In this document: in pieces, positions 13,191-25,245 of the stretch
Layout: each line of letters begins with the position of its first letter
Numbering within the stretch: the stretch's first letter is position 1
Source of the DNA: Utricularia gibba
Lineage: Eukaryota; Plantae; Magnoliophyta
Length of the DNA: 64,000 nucleotides
NCBI GenBank assembly: GCA_002189035.1
Contig: NEEC01000012.1
Location: 1,860,001 to 1,924,000 of the forward strand
Direction of reading: 5' to 3'
Translations under genes and position numbers: made by a program
Notes under the pieces: model-generated
What the model saw: only the letters and a program-made list of their open reading frames with translations
Databases searched by the model: none
Told to the model about the DNA's origin: nothing

Positions 13191-15035
13191 CGCCGCAAGA
13201 AGAACAATCCAACACTCCAAATGAATTCAAACACGAATGTCGAAGATAACAACAAATGCAGTCAGTTAATCGCCTCTCCCTCCCTGCCTCACTTTCACCC
13301 GTCCGAAGCAGAGGTAAGATCCATTGGGCCAATTGAACCTGGAAAAAGTAGCCCGGTAGCCCACACAATTCATAGGTCAAAACCGGGTCCGGGTCGACCC
13401 ATGACTAGCTCATCAGAACCAAAATAAATAATTTGGTAAAGTTTGGGAATCGCAGCTCAATTTACAGTTAGTATACATAATTTAAACTCCAAGTTTTAAA
13501 ATTGTAAACGCTTCAACTTGTTCTCTATAAACAGTTTGATCTCAAATTTATAAAACTATATATTTCATCCATTATATTAATAAAGTTAACCGAATTTGAT
13601 CCTAATATTATAATGATACATCATACGAAACACGATATAATCATTATTAATTTGAATTATATACTGCATAAATACAATATAATTATTGTTATTTCAAATT
13701 ATATGAGATACAAACGTGACATAACCTTAGCAGGGATATCATTGGATTCATGAAATTTTAGAATGTAAAAAGTTCTAACATGAAATTTTATTGGATTTGA
13801 AATTAGAGTTGGTTTAGGATAATGTAAACTGGTTCACTTTTTAAAACATTTGAAAGCCAAACGGTTTTCATTGCACAATTTTGATAATGTGATGTTTTTT
13901 TTTTCAATTTTGAAACTTGGAAATCAGAATCTTTATACTAAATTAAATTTGAGATGTTGTTTTACAGTTGTATCATAAATAATTGTGTTATTCATTCATC
14001 TTGTTTGGTTGCATGAAGTCATGACATGGGGCAACAGTTTCCAACGCAGTGGGACCCACTTGAAGAAAAAGTGGGCGTACCTTGCACCAGATAGAGAGAA
14101 GTCAAGGGTGCGCATGGCCTAACAAATAATTCCCTTAACAACTCGACGGAATATTGATGGATTCCCAACGCCCATCCCCAATTATTTCAGGTGCCATATC
14201 ATCCTCATCACCATCTCCTTTAAAATCATTGGTTGATTATATTTGATTTAATCTTAAATTATTATTAAATGAGTTCATTTTGTTTAAAATATAATTAAAA
14301 ATAATTCAAGGAGATGAATTCGACTTCTGTTTCAGAATTACAACCGAATTTAAAATTTTTTTAGAAATAAAAATGGGGATTTATCAGGGTCAATTTTGGC
14401 TTGAGAATTGGAACTATAATCAACATGGAATCTTGATGTCAGAAATGGGTGGACCCTTGACATACAAGCTACGTTTTCAACCCATCGGTTAACTATGAAA
14501 AAAGCGCATCGGATGATATATAAAATTATTAAATTATTTTATTATTTGTTTTATTTGACTTTGTCATTTTTATCATTTTATTTTATTATGAGTATTTTAT
14601 GATGAGATTATTTCAATTTTTATTTTAAAAAAATCGATTTATACTTTATACAGAAATATTTAAAATATATCTATCGGGTGAACCAATTCACCTCACAAAA
14701 ACAATCCGGTTATACATCCAGTTGAAAACGTAGATACACTACTGTTTGGATCGGTTCGACCGGGTTGATAACGTAGGCGCTATGAGTTCCATCCGGTTCA
14801 GCTCGAAGCACACGCTACTCGGTTCAGTTCATTCGATTTTACAGAATAACAAGAAACCCTGGGGAATTCCTTGTAGTTCCGAAAGGCGAAATCTGGAAGG
14901 TAAACAACAAGTCATGAACTGGGTTATCTACGTGAACAGAATCTGTATCTGTTCCTGATGACTGAGAAAGAGGCGAAGGGATTGAAGAAGCAGACTCCCA
15001 CCGATCACAGTTCGTGGAGTTTGATCTGAAAGGAG

Positions 15036-15677
15036 TCAGAAGATATCGAGAATTTCAGCAATGGCGTTGTTGCAGAGAGGGCAGTTACCTCTTTGAACCC
15101 ACACCTCCCTCGAGCACTGCCTGCAAAACGTATGCCCACACGGAATGAAGGCCGCCCCTTTGTGTCTCACCATACACACACAGCACTTGTTGCAGTCCCC
15201 GGTTTCCAATTCCGACGATCCTTCCCCGTTGATCCTCACCTCCGAATCCGCCCACATTTGCCGATCATTCTCCGCCAGAAGCGCCATCAACGACACCCTT
15301 GTTGGTTCAGGATCCGGCGGAGGGTCGTCGGAGGGAGCGGCCTGCGATTCCCCTCCGGCGCCTCGGCGGAGCAGACGGATCTTTTCGGTTAGACTGCGCC
15401 AGCTTTTTCTAGCGTCTATTTGGGAAGGAGGGGTTGAGATTCGTTCCTCGTTGATGGCGTCCAGCAACGTTCGGGTGGAATGGTTGCGCGGCTCGTCGGA
15501 AGGCTCCGACTCCGCTGGCGACGGCTCCGGCGCCGGAGTCAACCGCCGTTTCTCGGTCAGAACGGCGTAGAGAGTTAGCCCAGAGGATGAAGCATCCCGC
15601 TCTTCCTCCCTGAGCCTCAGCAAGTCTCCCAAGTTCCGGGAGTAGAGTTTTTCCCCATTAACGCCCAAAATCTCCAT
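15036..15677 (-). CDS. Intronless RING-HC (C3HC4) E3 ligase-like protein
   Basis: Single ORF of about 213 aa ending CCVCMVRHKGAAFIPCGHTFCRQCSREVWVQRGNCPLCNNAIAEILDIF*, with the RVSLMALL motif typical of this plant RING family. Confidence 0.93.
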   Translation of the reverse strand: MEILGVNGEKLYSRNLGDLLRLREEERDASSSGLTLYAVLTEKRRLTPAPEPSPAESEPSDEPRNHSTRTLLDAINEERISTPPSQIDARKSWRSLTEKIRLLRRGAGGESQAAPSDDPPPDPEPTRVSLMALLAENDRQMWADSEVRINGEGSSELETGDCNKCCVCMVRHKGAAFIPCGHTFCRQCSREVWVQRGNCPLCNNAIAEILDIF

Positions 15678-16061
15678 CAACCCACAGAACCAGATAAACC
15701 TTGGCGCTTGAAGAAATCAGATCTGATTCAGGCAAGGGATCTGGAGGATGGAGAAATGCAGAAAGGGGGCAGATCTGAGGCGGGATTCCGGCGGAAACTC
15801 GAGGGAATTGGGAGAAGAAAAAAAGGAGAAGGGAGAGCAGGAAAACAATGACACGAATTGGAAAGTAAAACCAAGAAGAGGAAGATATAAATGTTGTGGG
15901 CACGAGGTGCGTGAAAACGAATCCTAGGGAAAGCTAATGCTGTATTCCGATCTCGGTACCAGCATTTATTTACGGAACCAACGGAATTCGAAAATTCGAA
16001 ATTTCAGATGCTTGACCCTACTGCTCTTTATACTCGAACAAAAAGGAAGAAGGGAAGAATG

Positions 16062-18069
16062 CTACCAGGATCTCAACGCCTTGTGCATCTTGCTTCCGAG
16101 GTATCTCAAGCCACCAACAGCCCCAGCAGTCAGTAACCCAGCAACAGCTTGTCGCGCGCTCGACGCCATCACTTTGCGCCTTAGAATCTTCTGAATGGAT
16201 TCCACGCACCTTCTCCTGGTTGCCACTACACTAATTGCCTGCCCTGCAAACCGGTTACACCAGTGTAAGAAAATGCTGCAACGAGAAGCTCATATAACGT
16301 CACGGGGAGGCATCCATTCGTCACATACTAGACTTATCGAACACTTTGTCCTCCTCAAGCTTAATGCCCATCTGTAGACGGATTGGGGGAGGGAGATAAG
16401 ACACCAATGAACGAGTGCTGGACAGCCCACAGTCCTGATTTGACAAATCAAACCAAAACTCTTCTCTATTAATGCAGATAAATGAAAAGTACAATGGCTG
16501 AGAGACTTTTTCTTCTCATGGTTGAAGAGTCACATGGTACGAGTGGGATATTCTAACTAACCTGAATCATGTCTACTTTTTCACCCATGGAAGACGATAC
16601 TTGAAGCAAATCCCTTGCAGCGAGTTCCTTAATAACAGGATCATACATTGTTTGGAATAACTTAAATTGCCCATGAACAATCTTGTTGACCTGGAAAAAA
16701 AAATAGACTGGTTAAGCAGAAACATGTGACTATACGTTTGAGCATTTCACATTGGCACTACTCAGTTGAAGGAACTGCAAATTTATTAAGTTTGATGATT
16801 TATCCATGTTTACGGTAGGGAATCCAGAATAGAGTACAGAAAAACCAATATTTCATGATTCCTTCCGCATATTTGCCTTGTTTTTATCCTCCGCAAAATG
16901 CATTCGCAGGTCTCCCATGTATGAGAGACTGGATATTTGTGCATACAGCTCTTCCTGGAAAAAAGATGCCTAAGTATAATGGTTTTAAGCATAACATTCC
17001 AAGCTCAGTTGGAGAAACGTACTTCACTGAATTTTGATGGTAGAAATAGGAGAGCAGCAGCAGTTGCGGCCCTCAAATTTACAGAATTGAGTTCCATTAT
17101 CTTGGCGCGATCCAATATGGCAATGACCTATCATTGAGGCAGAAAGGAGTAAACATCATGGTAAAAAATCAAACAAAAACTGATAATGAAAAAGAAAAGC
17201 TGCAATATGCAATTACACAAAGCTTAACATACAGGTTTCTGCAAACGTCCACTGAGATAAAACCTTTCCCAGCCTGTGATGTCTTGGACCAGATCATGCA
17301 TCCGGACAACCCCATACTTCAGATTCTAAACATTTGCCGATTTCACAAATATTTATTGCAATAAACCGTGTTCAAGGCTTTTGACAAAAAAAAAAAAAAA
17401 AAAAAAAACGAGGCATATAAATGCAACTGCAACTTATGCAAAAAGAAGATACGTATTCTGAACAAGAAGAGATGGGAAGAAATTTAATACCAAATCATTG
17501 TGAGAAATAAATGGATTGAAGTGTACACCTACTCCAACATGATCAGCAACACCAGTTATCTGGAAGAACAAAGATGCCATCAAAGCATCAAGGGGCAAAA
17601 CGAAAACCAGGACCAACAAGAGACTAGAAATTGCATCTATTTAAAATAGCAAAACAATAGAAGAAGAATAAGCAGTACCAGCCGAGCACCTCCAAGTTGA
17701 AGTATCCGTGAAGCATAATGATTTCTATTTGTCTTCAGATTCTTCATTCGTTGCACCAAAAGCATCCATCAGTTTATGAAGTACAAGCATTACCTGACGG
17801 AGATACTTCATCATAATTTACCTCGTAATGCCATTGTAGAGGATCAGCCACACCAAGAATGTAGTCTATCATGGATGTCTGTATGTAACAAGAAACATAT
17901 ACACATACAAATTTTACAATGTCCAAGATTCCAAACGAATATTCAGTACAAGAAACAGAACCTTATAAACATTGTTTGAATGTAGAGAGGAACCATACAC
18001 ACAGCAAAATTCAACTGGAGGCAGAGTATCCAGAAAATTTGCATACTCAGGTTGCCTTTCAAGACCCAT
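16062..18069 (-). CDS. TAM41: Mitochondrial phosphatidate cytidylyltransferase (TAM41/Mmp37), multi-exon
   Basis: Exons read by hand: MGLERQPEYANFLDTLPPVEFCCVYGS, MIDYILGVADPLQWH, VADHVGVGVHFNPF, LKYGVVRMHDLVQDITGWERFYLSGRLQKP, ELYAQISSLSYMGDLRMHFAEDKNK, VNKIVHGQFKLFQTMY, RRKVMASSARQAVAGLLTAG. Confidence 0.93.
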
Positions 18070-19025
18070 TCGCATCTACCACCACTGATGCAACATGCAA
18101 GCGAAAGCCAGTATAAGATCAAATACATCACTATGGCTGCACATTCCATGTACAGGCTTGTTACACAACTTAGGAAAACAATGCTGAAAGGAAAATTCCT
18201 CCAACACATTTTATCAAACAGGTAATGTACACTAATTCCAAATCAGAAGTATTAACGCCAAATCTTACATCAGGGTCCGCTGATAACGTCATTCCATTTG
18301 CTCATAGGCGACGCGCTTCCAAGGCTCTAGAGGATACAGATTTAGAGCGTTTGTGAGGGGTCTGTGCCAAGTCCAACAGTAAAAGGCCCCGCAGTTTCAA
18401 AGGAGAAGTTAAGCACGCGGAACTCTGGCCCTGGGGTAATAAAAAATACCCAAAGCAATTATTATTATTTTTTATTATATATGAAAATATGTTTGGTTGC
18501 CGGTTGCCGCAGCATTTTTCTTGAATGTTACGTTTTCCTATCTGACCAAAGCAATCGCCGGAACCTTTCGATGTAAGATTCATTGAATAGAACAAGGGGA
18601 TTCATCATACGGACCCTGGATTTCGGAAAACAAGTCGGAAAACGGAGCTTCTTCCATGCTTGGCTGTTGAAATCCAGCGGTTATACTCTTGTTTTTGCTG
18701 TCGTGAGAGCTGCACTCTCCGATTCGAAGTTTGACTACTATTGATTCCGATGTGCTTTGGTCGTAAGAGGTTCAGTATTTGATTGATCTTCCGAGAGGTG
18801 CGTCCTTGATGCCGAGAGGTCATCCTAACCTTATACGCTAGTTTTGATTTCTGCTGGAAGTATGCCTTGTGGCAGAAGAAAGAACTAATAAATTTCTTTA
18901 ATTTCTCGTTTTATGTGTATGGCATCTGGTTCACGATTTTGTATGATGTCATTCAGGAAACCTGTGACTGTCATCTTTTTGACGCACAGGTGGCGGTTTA
19001 GTGTTGGAATTGTTGATACACTCCA

Positions 19026-22000
19026 ATGGATGACGAGGAGGAGGATAAAATTTTACTTAGTACATTGGGTGTTACATCGGCAAATGTAGAAGATGTTGAG
19101 CGAAGGCTTCTGGAAAAGGTTATGACACTTGTCCATTTAATTGTTCACTGGTCATGATGAAGTTTTGTTCTTTGTAGATAGTAATGGTGCTTGTTCAGGT
19201 AAAATTTATTGATATCAGTATTATTATTTCATACAAGGCTTTTCAAGCGGCAAATGTTTATATTGGCAAGCACCAAGTAGACTTGCACAGGCTGTCTAGG
19301 CCATTTATGGGTTTATTCATTTGACCGGTAACATGTGTCTGAATTTACGAACTCTTTTTACAGAGAAAAAATGATGTAGGCGATAGTGAACAAAATTGTG
19401 GATGTGTAGTGGAGGAAAGTCTTGTTGGAAGAAGGAATGAGGCGTCTTCTTCCAGACACGGAAACTTGGTTAATAAATTAAGAGCTGTTGAAGTTGAAAT
19501 TGAAGCTGTTGCATCATCAATAGAGCATTTGCAGAACTTCAAAAGAGATGAAAATCATACTGAAACAGAGCAGGGGAATGTCTCAGCTGAGATAAGCGGT
19601 TTTCCCTCGTCTGCAAATGATTTAAGTCTTCAGCAGGCTCTTGCATCTGATCGGTTGGAGAGCTTGATTAGAACAAGATCTAAACTTGAGAAAGAAATTT
19701 TAGATTCTTCTGCCAGTAGCCAGCATGATAAACTCATTCGAGATATAGTTAAGGGAGAGTCTGTACTCTCCAAGAGAGGCTTCCAAAAGGTTGAGGAGTC
19801 AAACAAGAATCGGAACAAAAAACTTAAAAAAGTTTCACTGGGTGAAGATGATGACTTTGATGACATTTTAAATGCTGCATCAACAGGGTTTGTGGAAACA
19901 GTGAGTTTTTGCTTTAACAACACATACTGTGATATGCTTTTTATGTAAAATTCACTAATAGGACATTATTCGTATTTTAAGGAAAGGGATGCATTGGTTC
20001 GAAAGGGAATTATGACCCCCTTTCACAAGCTTAAAGGATATGAACGAGGCATTCAACGACCAGGGTTGTCACAGAAATCTGTAGGCCATGAGGTCACAGA
20101 GGATGAAAGTTCTCTTACTAAAAGCATTGATAGAACTGTCCGGCTTATGGACGAGGCTTCGAAAGCACGTCCAACTACAAAGTTGCTTGACCCTGATTCT
20201 GCACCCAAACTTGATGCACCAACTTTACCTTTTCAGAGGTTAAGAAAATCTTTGAAGATCTCTCAGCCCTTCATTGACAAAGAGAGAAAAACAAAGAAGA
20301 GACGACCACAACCTGGAAAGAAATGGAAGGAATTGCTGTCCAATGAAGAAAGGATCATTGAAGAAGATGGTTAGTCAAAGCCATGAAACACGTCATTCAT
20401 TCTAGATATTATTTTAACTGTTATATTACTTTCTTCTGGATAAATCTCTTTTCATATCATCAGTATGGATTTTCCTTTTTTTTCCCTTCTACTAGTCTTA
20501 ATTTCTTTTACCTTGCTTCATCACATGAAGCTGGAGAACGTTCTGCTGGTGAAGATAATGGCCCTGAAGATGTAGAGGAAGTGGCTTACGAAGGTCGTTC
20601 TTTTGTAACTCTGGAAGGAGGGTTGAAGATTCCAGAATCAATTTTTAGCAAACTTTTTGACTATCAGAAAGTTGGGGTGCAATGGCTGTGGGAGCTTCAC
20701 TGTCAAAAGGCTGGTGGGATTATTGGTGATGAAATGGGTCTTGGTAAAACTATACAGGTGTTAGCTTTCCTCGCGTCATTGCATTTCAGTGGTATGTACC
20801 AACCTAGCATCATTATCTGTCCAGTAACACTTCTACGTCAGTGGAAGCGTGAGGCTGTGAAATGGTACCCTACTTTTTGCACTGAGCTGTTGCATGATTC
20901 TGCCGAGGCATCGCACAGAAAAAAGGCTTCAAGATCTCGTGACAGTGACAGTGGGACTGATAGTTATAGAGATAGTGATGCTGATGGTGATAGTGATAGT
21001 GAAGGTGATTTTCAAATTGATTGTGATGAAAAGCCATCATTCAAAAGTACCAAAAGGTGGGATTCTTTGATAAATCGCGTTTTGAGGTCTGAATCTGGAC
21101 TGCTGATTACAACTTATGAGCAACTTCGTCTGCATGGTGGCAAATTGCTAAATATTGAATGGGGATATGCAGTTTTAGATGAAGGACATCGAATTCGTAA
21201 TCCGAATGCTGAAATTACTCTTGTTTGCAAGCAGTTGCAAACTGTTCACCGCATAATTATGACTGGTGCTCCCATTCAAAACAAGCTGTCTGAGTTATGG
21301 TCCTTGTTTGATTTTGTCTTCCCTGGGAAATTGGGAGTCCTGCCAGTATTCGAGGCTGAATTTTCTGTCCCAATATCTGTTGGTGGCTATGCTAATGCGT
21401 CTCCGCTACAAGTGTCCACGGCTTACCGGTAGCTTGTATTCTTAGAAATTTTTTCGCTGTTTTCATAATGAGACGAGCTGCTGATGGCCAGTTTCCCTTT
21501 GAAAGCAAGCATATCTCTAAAACAGGGTTTTGGAAAATTCCTCTGCTAATGAAAATATATGTGCGAACTTGGTTTTTGCATGTTTTGTGTTTTAAATTCA
21601 AGAAATTTGGATGAAAGCCATCATTTAGAGAATGAAATCTCCTTGTTTAAGATGATTTTTCATAATTAAACATTTTATGTTAATGCAGATGCGCTGTTGT
21701 GCTACGTGACTTGATCATGCCTTACCTTCTCCATCGGAGGAAAGTGGATGTAGAGGCTCAGCTTCCAAAGAAGACAGAGCATGTCCTCTTCTGTAGTCTT
21801 ACACCAGAGCAACGGTCTATCTATCGTGCATTTCTTGCTAGCTCGGAAGTTGAACAAATCATAAATGGCAATAGGAACTCTCTCTCTGGAATTGATGTGA
21901 TGCGTAAGATTTGCAACCATCCTGATCTCCTTGAAAGAGAGCATTGTCATGGGGATCCAGATTATGGGAACCCGGCACGTAGTGGCAAGATGAAGGTTGT

Positions 22001-23620
22001 TGCTGAAGTTCTAAATGTGTGGAAGGAACAAGGGCACCGTGTTCTTCTTTTCTCTCAAACACAACAGATGCTTGATATTATTGAACAGTTTATGAATGCT
22101 GGTGGATATAGCTACCGAAGAATGGATGGCCTTACCCCTGTTAAACAAAGAATGGCTTTGATAGACGAATTTAACAACTCAGATGATGTATTCGTGTTTA
22201 TATTGACAACCAAGGTTGGTGGACTAGGGACAAATCTGACTGGCGCTAACCGGGTGATTATTTTTGATCCCGACTGGAATCCATCCACAGATATTCAGGT
22301 ATGAATTCTTAATTTCAGTTATCATTGAAGATTTTTTGTTCTTGCAACTCGACATCTAGTGGGGGCAATGCGCAAATAAGTGTGTATTTGAAATCTTAAT
22401 ATTGTTTGAGAACTTTAAGTAAATATACTACCTTTCTGTTTAATGCAGGCCCGAGAACGGGCATGGCGTATTGGTCAGAAAAAGGATGTGACAATCTATA
22501 GATTGATTACCAGAGGGACAATTGAAGAGAAGGTATATCAGAGGCAAATATTTAAACATTTCCTTACCAATAAGATATTAAATAACCCCCAGCAAAGGAG
22601 ATTCTTCAAAGCCAGGGAACTCAAGGATCTTTTCACGTTGAATGATGATGGTGATGGTTGCTCGACTGAAACATCCAGTATCTTCAGCCAGTTGTCTGAA
22701 GAAGTAAATGTTCTGGGAACGGGAAGAAATGAACAGAATGAAGTGAAACCTTCGCAAGTTGGCACTGCAGTAACTGATAGCTCTGCGGTCAATCTAGAGA
22801 GCACGAGTGGTCAAAATGACTGCAAGACTGATGAAGAAACAAGCTTTCTACAGGGTCTGTTCGAGGCTCATGGGATTCACGTAAGTTCGCCCGTGTTAAA
22901 ACACAGCCTGCTATGTTTCCAAGTATTTCCATCTCATTTATTTGTGCCTTCCTATTTGCTGCTATTTTCCAGAGTGCCGTGAACCATGATGCCATCATGG
23001 ACGCCCATGATGGGGATAAGTTGAAGCTCGAGGAAGAAGCAGCAAAAGTTGCTCAGAGAGCTGCAGAGGCCTTGCGGCATTCACGAATTCTTAGAAGCCG
23101 TGAAAGCATAACCGTGCCCACTTGGACTGGCAAATCTGGAGCTGCAGGTGCACCTTCTTCCATGAAAAGAAAATTTGGATTTACCGCATACTCCCAGCTG
23201 GTGAGTACTTCAAAACCTCCCGACGAGGCAAATGGAGTCTCAGCCGGTGCATCCTCTGGCAGAGCTCTATCCTCAGCTGAGTTGCTGGCTAAGCTGAAAC
23301 AAAGACAAGAACAGGCTAGCAATGAGGGACTCAAACAGCAGTTTGCCTCAGCCAGTAGCTCTAACAGTCGAGAGCGACATTCGAAGAGCTCAAGCAGCAG
23401 CTCAGGGTTACCACCGGAGCTCATGATTCGGCAAATCTGCACCTTTATCCAACAAAAGGGTGGAAGCTCAAGTTCATCCACCATAGTGGATCATTTCAAG
23501 GATAGAGTGCCGTCCAAAGATCTCCCTTTGTTTAAGAACCTTCTGAAGGAGATTGCTACTCTGGACAAAACGCCCGGAGGATCACATTGGGTTCTCAAGC
23601 CTGAATATCGAGATAAGTGA
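19026..23620 (+). CDS. CHR8: SNF2-family chromatin remodeller / transcription-coupled repair factor CSB/ERCC6 (CHR8)
   Basis: [147 protein letters not shown], and a C-terminal winged-helix-like [11 protein letters not shown]...WVLKPEY. Confidence 0.96.
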
Positions 23621-24395
23621 TTTCAACTTGAGAATTCCCATTTTGCTCATATTTTTTGAGAGCATGCCCGCAGAAGGTGTGATCCCTTTTTGGCTGTGGA
23701 GAAAGGATTTTTAGATCAGAAAATCAGGTGATTAGTGTCTGGCATTTTGAGGAATATTTAGAGGTGATTAATATGGGCTCTTTTTCTAATTATTCTTTGT
23801 AAAAAAGAACATAAAAACGGGTGGCAATTTCGGTTTAAAATCAGTGTTTTACCATTTCAACCATTTCAAGTAGTTCTAGTTAGACAGTGTGTAAAATGAA
23901 AATATGTTTATTGTGACATTGCATAGAGTGTCGATGACCATTGTATAAGATCGATATCTATGCTTCATATTTCGTTGCACGGTATTCATTGGCCCTTCAA
24001 CTAGAGTTGGGAACAAAACTATTTATGAGATCATCAATGCATCCACAAATTGATGATCACTCCTAATGCACTATCCATACCTTGGAGGTTGCTCTAAGTA
24101 TGCATGTTAAACCTTATTTGATAGTAAGGTATTAGTATGTTTACAAGTAGAAATTTAAATATATAAATAATATAGATATAATTAGTACTCATTTTATTTG
24201 TATACATCATTCGTATGTTCAAAAAATAAGTATGTAAATGATATAGATATATAATAATAATATACATATATTGATTAATCAAACAACGATGTATATGTAA
24301 ATTCAATTATAAATCTTCTATACTCAAACTATCAAACAGAGCTTGGATAGAAGAACACATCTCCCTAGTTAAATTTGTCTGCAATAACAATTTTC

Positions 24396-24620
24396 AGACA
24401 AGCCTAGAAATGGCTCCATTCGAGGTCATGTAAGAGTGTTGTTGCCACATGCGATGCATTGGGTAGCGAGAGGGAACATAGGATGTTGGGTCTCAATTGT
24501 GTCCCATAGGTAGAGAAAGCCACTCGTATTATTCTTGAGAGATTGTTAGTTGCACTACCGGTAGAAGAGTTGGGTAGATATTCAAAGGAAACCGTTAGAA
24601 TTCTAAATAAGAGAATGAGT
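24396..24620 (+). mobile_element. Degenerate Ty3/gypsy pol (post-integrase) fragment
   Basis: Broken frames give LEMAPFEVM* and GLNCVP*VEKATRIILERI, resembling the chromovirus MAPFEALYGR...GPELVQ...KIIRERL segment. Short and full of stops. Confidence 0.45.
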
Positions 24621-24629
24621 ATACTTAAA

Positions 24630-24933
24630 GGGCATGTTTGTTACAAGATATTATATAATGAGGGTTTTGGATTATTTATAATTGATGTATATTAAATATA
24701 ATATATTACACATTTTTATGTTTGGTATATATGATTGAGTTTATTTGTGATTAAACAAATTATACATTGATTTTAACAATCTTACCCATCCCCTCACGTT
24801 TCATTATTACTGCGTATGTGAAATTATTGTCAGTTGATTAAATCATTAGTGATTGTTCAATTATTCATACCAAACACATCAAAAATATAATTATAAGTAA
24901 AAATATTATTTATCTAACGTACCAAACATGCCC
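24630..24933. mobile_element. Tourist-like (PIF/Harbinger) MITE, 304 bp
   Basis: TIRs gggcatgtttgttac (24630-24644) and gtaccaaacatgccc (24919-24933) match at 14/15, with AAA on both flanks and an AT-rich non-coding interior. Confidence 0.7.
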
Positions 24934-25245
24934 AAAGATATTACTATAAAAGTAAATCATTTGAGCATGACGACTGAACAAGCCAATGATATTTTAAATA
25001 TTAAATTTCCTGAGGATTAAAAAACTATTTCGGAATACTAATTATACGATTTAGGTAAAAGGTTGGAACCATTTACGCAAATTTCCTTTTTTAGTATTTT
25101 TTTTTCGCAATTTCGTTCAATCTTGTATAAAATAAAAAGCATTTGATTGTATTTTGTAGAGCAGAAAGCAGCTTCGTTCCGACTAGCAGTTCGAGTTTAG
25201 GGCTTTCAGTTCTTCGCTACTGCGTAGTTCGTGGGCTGTTCATCG

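Noticed and set aside
14640-14830. Clustered CCGGTT/GGTTC motifs, with similar ones at 3360-3430 and GATATC-rich sequence at 46070-46220
   Set aside because: These resemble decayed hAT/MITE subterminal repeats, but no termini or TSDs could be defined.
21699-21760. CHR8 motif reads [12 protein letters not shown] rather than the usual LLRRMKADV
   Set aside because: The frame is intact and the ATPase motifs are conserved; this is too little to claim altered function.
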